DNA of 63,264 bases, counting the filler, from Stramenopiles sp. TOSAG23-2 (lineage: Eukaryota): assembly GCA_900128395.1 (NCBI GenBank). It is 28 parts of 28 records of this genome, joined end to end, with 100 filler letters (N's around TTAATTAATTAA, not from the genome) between each part and the next. Parts side by side here need not be neighbours in the genome. Positions count along the whole stretch, not along the records: positions 22,714 to 24,881 come from LT651960.1; positions 24,982 to 27,148 come from LT651961.1; positions 27,249 to 29,415 come from LT651962.1; positions 29,516 to 31,680 come from LT651963.1; positions 31,781 to 33,945 come from LT651964.1; positions 34,046 to 36,210 come from LT651965.1; 22 more parts are not named here. One strand, written 5' to 3'. The notes under the pieces are model-generated. The model saw only the letters and a list, made by a program, of their open reading frames with translations. It made no database searches and was not told where the DNA came from. Made by a program: the position numbers and the translations under genes. How positions within the stretch are numbered: position 1 is the stretch's first letter; every line of letters starts with the position of its first letter. Positions 23,627 to 34,091 of this stretch are shown in pieces.

Positions 23627-24011
23627 AAGAATGTGAGAGGAACGAGAGGGGGTAGGATGAGAAAAAGGTTTTTTGTGGGGGGAGGGGGGGGGGGNNNNNN
23701 NNNNNNNNNNNNNNNNNNNNNNNNNNNNNNNNNNNNNNNNNNNNNNNNNNNNNNNNNNNNNNNNNNNNNNNNNNNNNNNNNNNNGGGGCTGGTCGTATAT
23801 ATTTGATTATATGCTAATTAGAGAGAGTTAGAAAAAAAATTATGATGTGTTTTAGTTTTGATTTTTTAGAGAGCGCAGTAAAAAAATTAAAAATGAATAT
23901 TATTACGGTATAAAAATGCAAAATATGATATATATGTGATATAATATTATCCGCCCATCTAGTCTCTCTAATTCCTCACTCGGTGCATCTCTCTGATCTA
24001 TATCTCCTTTT

Positions 24012-24881
24012 TCAAAGCCGATTTGCACAACTACCACGTGCAGATCCAGTTGATGCAAACAAACGTCTTCTCTTTGAACCTTTATAATAATGTGTATCTT
24101 TGATTGTATAATCTGCACCTATTAAATGTACATCTCTGGAGAAAGGTCTATTGTTAATATCTTCCATATTCAACAATTTACCTTCACATCCATGATGTGT
24201 TTTACATAAATTAAAATCACTATACCCTTTACAACAATTTTCATTGTCAATGTAAGCTTTGATTTTAACTTCTGTGCTAATTAAATAATTTTTTGCATTG
24301 CAATATGGTAATTCACTTTGTAAATATCCATTTTTATCTTCGGTATTTAAATGAATAGCTGCAACCCATTCTTTTATTTCACCTTTTGTATCCATTGCAA
24401 CTTGTTGAATGGAAATATCTTTTGCTTCAAATAATTTGGATAATGGACATGATGTATCAGTGACACTATAACGTATATTTTTTCTCACACTTATCATTTG
24501 TTTTTTATAATGTTTAGATATTTCATCTTTCAAATAATATATTGCAATATTTTCAACATTTCTATTTGATGATAAATCTAATCGATTGGAACCTTTACAA
24601 AATGATTTCTTCTTTTTGTCTAATTCCGTAGGTCCAAAATCTGTTGTCTTTGAACATGTTGTTTTCTTTTCCGCCTGTGGTTTTGAACTCATAATAGAAC
24701 TTAATTGGTTTTTGCTATCTTTTCCTAAACGATAATTTTTCTTATTTAACAATTGACGTTTTAATAACGATTCTTTCATTGTTTCAATAAATGATGATGA
24801 AGATTCTTGTATTGGTATTATTGGTTTTGCATATAAATCTTCAATTAAATTATAAAATTGTTTCATTGAATGATGATATAA
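24012..24881 (-). CDS. Hypothetical Cys-containing protein, C-terminal part (5' truncated)
   Basis: Frame open from the contig edge, at least 284 aa; ends YYKGSKRRRLFASTGSARGSCANRL. Confidence 0.6.
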   Translation of the reverse strand, partial: LYHHSMKQFYNLIEDLYAKPIIPIQESSSSFIETMKESLLKRQLLNKKNYRLGKDSKNQLSSIMSSKPQAEKKTTCSKTTDFGPTELDKKKKSFCKGSNRLDLSSNRNVENIAIYYLKDEISKHYKKQMISVRKNIRYSVTDTSCPLSKLFEAKDISIQQVAMDTKGEIKEWVAAIHLNTEDKNGYLQSELPYCNAKNYLISTEVKIKAYIDNENCCKGYSDFNLCKTHHGCEGKLLNMEDINNRPFSRDVHLIGADYTIKDTHYYKGSKRRRLFASTGSARGSCANRL

Positions 24882-25130
24882 NNNNNNNNNNNNNNNNNNN
24901 NNNNNNNNNNNNNNNNNNNNNNNNNTTAATTAATTAANNNNNNNNNNNNNNNNNNNNNNNNNNNNNNNNNNNNNNNNNNNNATCTATATGAATGATTTCT
25001 ATATGTTTTTTTGCATACAAAATATCTGAGTAGCTAGCTGTAAATGTTTATTAAATATATCGATGCATTTATATTAATTATAGATAAATTCGTAAATAAA
25101 TTTATTCAATTCTTATAATAACTTTTAACT

Positions 25131-26222
25131 ATAGTACCCAGGAATATAACAGCAAAAAACAAAAAATCCTTATAAGGTAATTACAAGAACCTCTTTGATG
25201 ATCGACCTGGATCCGTTTACCACCGTGGTATAATAGAATACGAGTAAAATAGCACTTAAAAATATTAAAAATTTGCATATATACTAAATCTTGCGGTTTT
25301 CTGATAAGATGTAAACACGTTGATTATTGTGAAAAAAGTCATAGGAAAATGCTAACTATAAATTTATATACATGTTCTAGGTACGTTAAGCTTGTAGATA
25401 CTAATCGTCATTGCGTAATATAGTGAAAAAGTAGCAGTATGTTTCATTTTAAATTAAATTTTTATCGGAAATTCTAGAAATAGTATACAGTACGAAAAGA
25501 AATTTGGAATTAATAGGAAAAAATACTACCACAACTATACTTTTCTACAAAGACACTTTTACAATTGTGAAAACTGGTAATTGAAGCGCTTGTAGCAAAA
25601 TAACACGACAGATAACATGGAAAACAAAATATTTAAGGATAATATCAAAAAATGGATCAAGGAAGTAATAAGTAACAAAAAATCATAATCTCCCTCCGTA
25701 TCTCCCCTAAAAATCTAATATATATAAAATCTAAAAATCTCGAATCTAAATCCTACTCCAATACAAAATTTTACCTATATATATAACTGCATAATAAAGT
25801 TACCTATATATAACTGCATAGTACCCAGGAATATAACAGCAAAAAACAAAAAATCCTTATAAGGTAATTACAAGAACCTCTTTGATGATCGACCTGGATC
25901 CGTTTACCACCGTGGTATAATAGAATACGAGTAAAATAGCACTTAAAAATATTAAAAATTTGCATATATACTAAATCTTGCGGTTTTCTGATAAGATGTA
26001 AACACGTTGATTATTGTGAAAAAAGTCATAGGAAAATGCTAACTATAAATTTATATACATGTTCTAGGTACGTTAAGCTTGTAGATACTAATCGTCATTG
26101 CGTAATATAGTGAAAAAGTAGCAGTATGTTTCATTTTAAATTAAATTTTTATCGGAAATTCTAGAAATAGTATACAGTACGAAAAGAAATTTGGAATTAA
26201 TAGGAAAAAATACTACCACAAC
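25131..26222. repeat. 405-bp direct repeat pair (25131-25535 and 25818-26222) separated by 282 bp
   Basis: Both copies run atagtacccaggaatataac...tactaccacaac at an offset of 687. No differences seen by eye. Confidence 0.9.
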
Positions 26223-26383
26223 CAACAACCAACCCAACAACTACTTCTATTCTGTTATTTAAGGATGATTTTTCTGTCACGACGACTACCTTAACCTTAA
26301 CCTGTGGTAATATCTGAACAATAATGAATTGCACCGCAATTAGAGCGAGCTACTGTACTGTACTGTGTACATGGTAGAGATCG

Positions 26384-27148
26384 ATGAGAGATATTCCTCA
26401 AATTGGTTACGTTATTGTGTTCATGGGATTGAATGAGAATCATTTAGAACCTACATATGATGGTGGAAACAACGTAATGCCAAATCAACGTTGTAATAGA
26501 TTTTTAGTCGCAGAAAATGCTGGAATGGTATTTCAATTTCGGCATGATACTGAAGAATCTGGTATTTCATTGTTTTATAAAAATTGTCGTATGAAAGAGC
26601 TTGATAATTATTTTGGCGATGTACGTTCAATTGTAATCGATATGGAAAATAGCTTAATAAGGCAATTGCACGATAAAGTCTTGGAACATAAACGTGCGTT
26701 AAATATCGTTGGTGATTTATTAGCTGAAACAGACGTTTTGATGGCATTTGCATCTTTGTCACAATCGCATCGTTGTGTAAAACCAAAGCTAACAAATGAA
26801 AATTGTTTCATCGTTGAAAAAGGTCGACATATATTACAAGAAACTGTATTAACCTCTGTTAATGATTTTGTTCCAAATGACACGATTCTCTATCCAGAAA
26901 AACGCCATGCGGTTATGATAGTGACCGGTCCAAATAGCAGTGGTAAATCTGTTTATTTAAAGCAAGTTGGTTTAATAGCTGTTTTAGCTCATATTGGTTG
27001 TTACGTTCCATGCGGTAATTGCAAATTGGGTCCAATCGATCGTATATTTACTCGTATATCGACTGTAGAGAGCTCGATGGTTGGGCAATCTGCATTTACG
27101 ATTGATACACAACAAATGTCTAACATGTTAAAATCTTGTACTAAAAAA
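26384..27148 (+). CDS. MSH5: MutS homolog 5 (meiotic), internal fragment
   Basis: IPQIGY, FYKNCRMKELDNYFGD, GRHILQE, FVPNDT, Walker A TGPNSSGKSVYLKQVGLI, HIGCYVP, DRIFTRI, SAFTID. Confidence 0.88.
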
Positions 27149-27248
27149 NNNNNNNNNNNNNNNNNNNNNNNNNNNNNNNNNNNNNNNNNNNNTTAATTAA
27201 TTAANNNNNNNNNNNNNNNNNNNNNNNNNNNNNNNNNNNNNNNNNNNN

Positions 27249-29183
27249 GCTTTGAATTATTACAATCGTTTATCATGTATAGATAAATTATCCTTGTCTG
27301 ATGTTCAAATTAATATACACACGCAAGATACAGAAACAGAAACTAATATGAGAATTCATTATCTAAATCTACGGAAAATAGAACGAATCGATACCGCCGA
27401 TGATTCATATGTAAAGTTTCATATTTCCTTTAAAAATAGAAAGAAAAGTTCTAGTTATTTAGGTCTATTAATTCCAGATACATTTGGTCCTGCATTTACA
27501 TTATATTCTTGGACATCCGATAATGAAAATTGTGATGGCACGTACCATTTATCATTTTTGAAAGAAAGTCTATTACCAAGTGTTCGTTATAGCTTAAAGT
27601 TGATCTTAAAAGACGTTCATGGATCTGGTTTTTGGAAAGACAAGAATTTAAAATGTAGTGGAACAATTGGAAAGATAAAATTATCAAAGCAAAAATCTTA
27701 CGATTTAGCTGCTGTATATGCAATAATGCAAAATCAACACGTGTTATGTAACACTAAAATCAAAGTTAGCGGTAGAGGATTAACGTTAAATCCAGTGTGC
27801 GATGATAAAGACGCTAAGAATAAAGAAATCTTAATCAAATTTGATATGGAGGAAGTATCGAATAAAATGTTATCCTCAAATCTTCCAATGTGTAATTATA
27901 ATAATAAACCAAATACTAATGGCGATTGGGTACCATCAACCAAAATATTATCCAAAACATCAAAAACTGATATTGATAAGAATGTTCAAAATGACGGACA
28001 TATTTATTATCCTTCACGATCAGGGAATTCGGAATTATATGTAAAAGATGCATTTATTTGGCAACCTTCCAATTGCAAGTTACGTTATATTTCATCAAAT
28101 GAATTGCGTTCTCAATTGAAAAGATTAAAAATAAAACATTTTTTAATCGTTGGTGATTCAAGAGATCGTGGGGTATATTATGAATTGATTGAACAGTTGC
28201 TAGATCATACCCAAGCAACAATATCGAAACCACCGCCATTAGTTGCACAAGGTTATGATGCAGAGATCGATTCACATGGTCTTTCAACAAACTCGGCAGC
28301 AAATATTAAAGTTTCTCTGATAAGAACGTGGGGGGAAATGAAGGATAAAGATTTAAGATCATGTTTTGACCTGTATGGTGATTTGAGTGGATTGGATTGG
28401 TACGTAAAAAACCGACAAGCATTGGAAGGCATTCGTAATATGGAAGCAACGCTAAATAAGTATGGAGATGACGTTAATTTTATTTTACGGTCTTCTGGAT
28501 TACACAATGCTCGTTGCTCCATATCGGATGAAGAGTATAAATCGTACATAACAAAAGAGGCGCTTATAATTAAATACTGGAGAGATGCAGCTCCAAAAGG
28601 GGTGACACGTATTGCTAAATATCATGAGTCACCAGGGGTTGTTTTTCGAAATGGTTTATGTGCAGGTAATGAACGATTGGTAGAATTAAATATAATGGCA
28701 GAGAAAATAGTAAATGAATTGCTGGGGGAACAGACTTACATAGGAAAAGGAATTTTTGATATGACAATAACAAGAAACGATCGCTCTTACGATGAATCTA
28801 GGCACTTTTATCCTACAGCTTGGTATAAACATAAATGGAATGCATTTCCACGTACCGTTAGTAGTGAAATATGGTTATTATTATTAAATGAAATCATGGA
28901 TATAAATTTAAAAAATGATGATAAAAGTAGATCCACGCCAAATGGCATGTGGAAATGTCAGATTAAAATCAAAGGTAAACACGTAATTCATGATGATATT
29001 AAGAACACATCTAATCGTTTACACGAGACATACAGTTCATGTGCTACGTATTGCTCAAATCAATTAAGCTTTTACATGGATGATACTAATTATAAGTATG
29101 GTGATGTCAGCACCAATGATTTAAGTAATTTAGTAATGCAAGAATTTGGAGTCAAAAGTGAATGTGTTGTTGTGAATGTGTGA
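27249..29183 (+). CDS. NXPE / PC-esterase-like SGNH-fold protein (candidate glycan O-acyltransferase or esterase), likely 5' truncated
   Basis: GDW, WQPSNCKL, FLIVGDSRDR (GDS), SGLHN, YDESRHF (D-x-x-x-H near the expected DxxH position). Confidence 0.6.
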   Translation, partial: ALNYYNRLSCIDKLSLSDVQINIHTQDTETETNMRIHYLNLRKIERIDTADDSYVKFHISFKNRKKSSSYLGLLIPDTFGPAFTLYSWTSDNENCDGTYHLSFLKESLLPSVRYSLKLILKDVHGSGFWKDKNLKCSGTIGKIKLSKQKSYDLAAVYAIMQNQHVLCNTKIKVSGRGLTLNPVCDDKDAKNKEILIKFDMEEVSNKMLSSNLPMCNYNNKPNTNGDWVPSTKILSKTSKTDIDKNVQNDGHIYYPSRSGNSELYVKDAFIWQPSNCKLRYISSNELRSQLKRLKIKHFLIVGDSRDRGVYYELIEQLLDHTQATISKPPPLVAQGYDAEIDSHGLSTNSAANIKVSLIRTWGEMKDKDLRSCFDLYGDLSGLDWYVKNRQALEGIRNMEATLNKYGDDVNFILRSSGLHNARCSISDEEYKSYITKEALIIKYWRDAAPKGVTRIAKYHESPGVVFRNGLCAGNERLVELNIMAEKIVNELLGEQTYIGKGIFDMTITRNDRSYDESRHFYPTAWYKHKWNAFPRTVSSEIWLLLLNEIMDINLKNDDKSRSTPNGMWKCQIKIKGKHVIHDDIKNTSNRLHETYSSCATYCSNQLSFYMDDTNYKYGDVSTNDLSNLVMQEFGVKSECVVVNV

Positions 29184-29651
29184 AAATTTTTTTAATAAAA
29201 ATATTGAGTTCATTGAGTATCCTTAAATATAAAATATTTAAAAAAAATGCAATTTTAAAATAAGACGTACTGATTTAGTTTATAATACGAAGTACTGGCA
29301 TATATAGCGCATAGCCAGAGACTGATGTAGGTTCAGAAATAATAGCTATGACTCGTAGTATCCCAAAACATTCTTACGAATAGGTTCTTACTATAAAACA
29401 ACAATTTTCAAATTANNNNNNNNNNNNNNNNNNNNNNNNNNNNNNNNNNNNNNNNNNNNTTAATTAATTAANNNNNNNNNNNNNNNNNNNNNNNNNNNNN
29501 NNNNNNNNNNNNNNNATATATGTATATTGACAATTTAATTATAAATGTTATATTATATATATATTTTTTTTTAGAAAGTTCAACAAATTCAACTAACAAT
29601 TTAATATATCATCCAATACTATATATATATATCCAATAACACCCACCATAG

Positions 29652-30476
29652 GAAGTTGCACGTCAATTAGGATTACATGGTGCCAAAATATGCATCATGG
29701 GCCGTAGAGAAGAATTTTTAAAAGATGCGGTGAAATTATTTCAACAAGAAAATATCCAAGCAACTTTTTATGCAGGTGATGTTCGTTCAAGTGATGATTG
29801 TGCCTCTTGTGTGAAAAAAGCAGTGGATACGTTTGGTTTTTTAAATGTATTAATCAATGGTGCTGCTGGAATGTTTCCAGCAAGTGCTGGGCAATCGTTG
29901 ACACCAAATGGTTTTAAAACAGTGATTGAAATTGATGTATTAGGTTCATACAATATGTGTTATGCAGCATTTCCTGAATTAAAAAAAACAAATCAAAGTT
30001 TAGTATGTAACATTACTGTTCCACGACATTATTTGGAAGGTAGAAATTGGTGGGTATCGCATATGCAAGCAGCCAAAGCAGCTATAACAACGTTAAGTCA
30101 TAATTTAGCAAAAGAATGGGGTGAATATGGAATACGAAGTTGCAATGTTGGGCCTGGACCAATTGCAGATACACCTGCATTATTAAAAAGTGGTGGTAGC
30201 AATGGTATTACAGAAAAAGCAAAGAAATTATATCAAGGTGTTCCAGTCAATCAACAAGTACCTGGTAATCCTGGTCGATATGGTAAATCATTTGAAATTG
30301 GTATGGCAGTGATCTTTTTATGTGTATCGGAATATATTAATGCGGAAACAATTGTTGTTGATGGTGGTTGGTGGGTAGGTACACAACGTCCATTTCCATC
30401 ACGTGATTTAATCAATGGTGGCATTACAAAAGGTGCAAATGAAGCAAGATCAAGAGCATTGAAACCGAAATTGTAA
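29652..30476 (+). CDS. Peroxisomal 2,4-dienoyl-CoA reductase-like SDR, last exon; PTS1-like PKL
   Basis: Acceptor ...ccatag at 29651, then EVARQLGLHGAKICIMGRR; LINGAAGMF, LTPNGFKTVIEIDVLGSYN, AAKAA, LAKEWG, PGPIADT, VVDGG; ends KPKL. Confidence 0.85.
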   Translation, partial: EVARQLGLHGAKICIMGRREEFLKDAVKLFQQENIQATFYAGDVRSSDDCASCVKKAVDTFGFLNVLINGAAGMFPASAGQSLTPNGFKTVIEIDVLGSYNMCYAAFPELKKTNQSLVCNITVPRHYLEGRNWWVSHMQAAKAAITTLSHNLAKEWGEYGIRSCNVGPGPIADTPALLKSGGSNGITEKAKKLYQGVPVNQQVPGNPGRYGKSFEIGMAVIFLCVSEYINAETIVVDGGWWVGTQRPFPSRDLINGGITKGANEARSRALKPKL

Positions 30477-30720
30477 AAGGAGGATTTTTTTGAAAATTTT
30501 ACAATATTATGGAAATGATGAATTTTGTACGAATTTTTTATATAAAAGAGAAAAGACAAATGTTTTTTTGGTTTTATCTGTGTTCTAGATCCATGATTAA
30601 TCATGGATCTAGAACACAGATAAAACCAAAAAAACATTTGTCTTTTCTCTTTTATATAAAAAATTCGTACAAAATTCATCATTTCCATAATATTGTAAAA
30701 TTTTCAAAAAAATCCTCCTT

Positions 30721-31545
30721 TTACAATTTCGGTTTCAATGCTCTTGATCTTGCTTCATTTGCACCTTTTGTAATGCCACCATTGATTAAATCACGTGATG
30801 GAAATGGACGTTGTGTACCTACCCACCAACCACCATCAACAACAATTGTTTCCGCATTAATATATTCCGATACACATAAAAAGATCACTGCCATACCAAT
30901 TTCAAATGATTTACCATATCGACCAGGATTACCAGGTACTTGTTGATTGACTGGAACACCTTGATATAATTTCTTTGCTTTTTCTGTAATACCATTGCTA
31001 CCACCACTTTTTAATAATGCAGGTGTATCTGCAATTGGTCCAGGCCCAACATTGCAACTTCGTATTCCATATTCACCCCATTCTTTTGCTAAATTATGAC
31101 TTAACGTTGTTATAGCTGCTTTGGCTGCTTGCATATGCGATACCCACCAATTTCTACCTTCCAAATAATGTCGTGGAACAGTAATGTTACATACTAAACT
31201 TTGATTTGTTTTTTTTAATTCAGGAAATGCTGCATAACACATATTGTATGAACCTAATACATCAATTTCAATCACTGTTTTAAAACCATTTGGTGTCAAC
31301 GATTGCCCAGCACTTGCTGGAAACATTCCAGCAGCACCATTGATTAATACATTTAAAAAACCAAACGTATCCACTGCTTTTTTCACACAAGAGGCACAAT
31401 CATCACTTGAACGAACATCACCTGCATAAAAAGTTGCTTGGATATTTTCTTGTTGAAATAATTTTACCGCATCTTTTAAAAATTCTTCTCTACGGCCCAT
31501 GATGCATATTTTGGCACCATGTAATCCTAATTGACGTGCAACTTC
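30721..31545 (-). CDS. Inverted second copy of the same dienoyl-CoA reductase exon
   Basis: Identical protein on the opposite strand, mirrored about 30598/30599. Confidence 0.6.
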   Translation of the reverse strand, partial: EVARQLGLHGAKICIMGRREEFLKDAVKLFQQENIQATFYAGDVRSSDDCASCVKKAVDTFGFLNVLINGAAGMFPASAGQSLTPNGFKTVIEIDVLGSYNMCYAAFPELKKTNQSLVCNITVPRHYLEGRNWWVSHMQAAKAAITTLSHNLAKEWGEYGIRSCNVGPGPIADTPALLKSGGSNGITEKAKKLYQGVPVNQQVPGNPGRYGKSFEIGMAVIFLCVSEYINAETIVVDGGWWVGTQRPFPSRDLINGGITKGANEARSRALKPKL

Positions 31546-31836
31546 CTATGGTGGGTGTTATTGGATATATATATATAGTTTGGATGATATATTAAATTGT
31601 TAGTTGAATTTGTTGAACTTTCTAAAAAAAAATATATATATAATATAACATTTATAATTAAATTGTCAATATACATATATNNNNNNNNNNNNNNNNNNNN
31701 NNNNNNNNNNNNNNNNNNNNNNNNTTAATTAATTAANNNNNNNNNNNNNNNNNNNNNNNNNNNNNNNNNNNNNNNNNNNNATAGTTAATAATTATATATA
31801 TATACCATTTATATATTTTTATATATATATTTAAAA

Positions 31837-33288
31837 ATGTCATCCCCAGACCCGTTTAACGTATGGCGTATGTCAGTTTATAGTAAATTGCCCCTTGCTA
31901 TATTACCACGAAAACGTTTGGAAATATCATACAACGATTATTTGTATGGTATCTATTCATGTACAAAAACGGAAAGTGAGCGTGAATATTATGAGAAACG
32001 TATTGAAAAACGATTTGAAGATGGTGATGGTGTACATAATGCACTTACTACTTTATCGGTACGTACTGGTTTTGATTTATTATTACGTTCGTTGAATTTA
32101 CCAAAAGGTAGTGAAGTTATATGTAGCGCAGTTACGATTAAGGATATGATCAAAATCATACAATTGCATGGTTTAATACCCGTGCCAGTTGATTTAATGA
32201 GTGATAATTTGGAAATGCGAACAGATTTGTTAAAGGAAGCAATTACACCAAAAACTAAATTAATTTTAGTTGCACATATATTTGGTAGTATTACCCCGTT
32301 GGACGAAGTGATTGAAGTGGCTGGTAATATACCTGTTATTGAAGATTGTGCAGAAGCATTTGTTGGACCAAAATATATTGGGCATCCTGGATCATATGCC
32401 GTTGCATTTAGCTTTGGAACAATTAAAACAGCAACTGCACTTGGTGGTTCCGTATGGACCGTTCGGGATGAAGTTGTATTAAATAATATGAGAGAATTGA
32501 ATAATCAAATGAAACCACGTACAAATATGTTTTTCTTAAAACGTTTGTTAAAATACATGGGTGTTTCGATATTAATGGCACCACATTTATGGGGTATTGC
32601 GATTCGTTTAGTACAAGGTTTAGGATTTGAATGGGAACCATTGGTAACAGCAGTATCACGTGGATTTCCAGGGCCAGATTTAATCGGTGCATTGAGACAA
32701 CGATGTTCAATTCCATTATTAGCATTGATGGATCGACGATTTTCACAATACAATGAATTAGCAGTTAATCGACGCAAAGCATTAAGTGATGAATTAGTGG
32801 AAATATTAAAACCATGTCCAGGAATTACTATTCCAGGGTTAAATGCAAAATATCATTCTTATTGGTTATTTCCAGTCATGATTAATGATAAATCCCCGGA
32901 TTTAATTTGTAATTTGATGTTGAAACAAGGTTATGACGTTACGCAAGGTACTACGCAATTAGGTTCTATTGATGAATATGTTATTAATAAAACATATGCA
33001 AAGAAATTTGATCCATCAAGTGCACGAGAAATGATGAAAAAAATTATTTATATACCAATTACTACTGATATGCCACGTGAAGTAATGTTAAAAATGGCAA
33101 AAGTATTTATGAAAACAATGAATAAAGTGATGGGTAAAAATCGCCGTGGTGGTACAAGTACAAAAAAAACCCAAGGAAAACAAGCATCTAGCAACAGTAC
33201 AACATCATCTGCAGCAGTAGAAGAAGATATTGCAGAAGATTTATGGGAAGAAGAAGAAGATTTTTTAATACCAAATAGTCGTTTATAA
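31837..33288 (+). CDS. DegT/DnrJ/EryC1/StrS-family PLP-dependent aminotransferase-like protein with C-terminal SRL
   Basis: LSVRTGFDLLL, GSEVI, HGLIPVPVD, AITPKTKLILVAHIFG, VIEDCAEAF, FSFGTIKTATALGG (PLP lysine), HSYWLFPV. Confidence 0.85.
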   Translation: MSSPDPFNVWRMSVYSKLPLAILPRKRLEISYNDYLYGIYSCTKTESEREYYEKRIEKRFEDGDGVHNALTTLSVRTGFDLLLRSLNLPKGSEVICSAVTIKDMIKIIQLHGLIPVPVDLMSDNLEMRTDLLKEAITPKTKLILVAHIFGSITPLDEVIEVAGNIPVIEDCAEAFVGPKYIGHPGSYAVAFSFGTIKTATALGGSVWTVRDEVVLNNMRELNNQMKPRTNMFFLKRLLKYMGVSILMAPHLWGIAIRLVQGLGFEWEPLVTAVSRGFPGPDLIGALRQRCSIPLLALMDRRFSQYNELAVNRRKALSDELVEILKPCPGITIPGLNAKYHSYWLFPVMINDKSPDLICNLMLKQGYDVTQGTTQLGSIDEYVINKTYAKKFDPSSAREMMKKIIYIPITTDMPREVMLKMAKVFMKTMNKVMGKNRRGGTSTKKTQGKQASSNSTTSSAAVEEDIAEDLWEEEEDFLIPNSRL

Positions 33289-33580
33289 ATATGATACCAC
33301 ACAGAAGAATGAAACAACAAAACAAGGGAGAGAGGGGGAGATATGATTTTTTTAAAAAATGTTGTATATCTCGTCATAATGATGTAGATGTGCACATAAA
33401 TTCTAACCCGCCGCCCCGGAAGTTTATACACGGTGTATTGAAAAAATAAAAATAAAATTATATAATACTTCTTAAAAAGTACTCGTAAAAATATGAAAAA
33501 AATAGTTTGAACACACTCACTCAAATGCATTAATTCACAAAAAATATATTTCATTCTCTCTCCCTCCTCTTTTTTTTTTT

Positions 33581-33945
33581 TTAATCGCTACTATTAACAT
33601 TAATTGATTCTAATAATGTCGAACCATATTTGTTTACATATTCATGTTGTTTTTTATTAAGTCCATTTGCAAATGCATTACTACTACTACTACTACTAAT
33701 GGATGTTACGGCTGCCGGTGGTGGTGTCGTTTGTGCTGGTGTAGGAGATGGTGGTGGTGTAGCTGTTACTGGTGGTGGAGTTGGTGGTGCAGCAACAGGC
33801 TCTTCTTGTTTCACCTCTTTTGGTGCTTCGGTTATGAAATCACTAGCAGTTGCATTGGCAAAGGCAGCAACATCTTCTTCCTCTTCTACCAATATCATAA
33901 TAGGTGTTCCAACTGGAATTGGTGCATGGCCAGGTTCTACTACGG
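33581..33945 (-). CDS. Lipoyl-domain protein (PDH E2/E3BP-like), C-terminal fragment ending after the Pro/Thr/Ala linker
   Basis: VVEPGHAPIPVGTPIMILVEEEEDVAAF matches the end of the E2 lipoyl domain. It is followed by a Pro-rich linker and a short tail to a stop. Confidence 0.75.
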
Positions 33946-34091
33946 NNNNNNNNNNNNNNNNNNNNNNNNNNNNNNNNNNNNNNNNNNNNTTAATTAATTA
34001 ANNNNNNNNNNNNNNNNNNNNNNNNNNNNNNNNNNNNNNNNNNNNCATTTTCTCTGACTCATATATTTAAATATATATATATATATATATA

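Larger units (their letters stand above)
29516..31680. repeat. Whole-contig palindrome (~1.08-kb arms, no spacer) centred at 30598/30599
   Basis: Centre ...tctagatccatgatt|aatcatggatctaga...; mirrored ORF coordinates sum to 61197. Confidence 0.97.

Noticed and set aside
26289..26303. Telomere-like CCTTAA repeats (also TTTAAGG near 45726 and ACCACTA at 51363)
   Set aside because: Only 2-4 internal units with inconsistent motifs, not at contig ends.
30251..30946. Mirror 145-aa ORFs crossing the palindrome centre
   Set aside because: By-products of the inverted duplication, consisting of UTR plus antisense SDR sequence.
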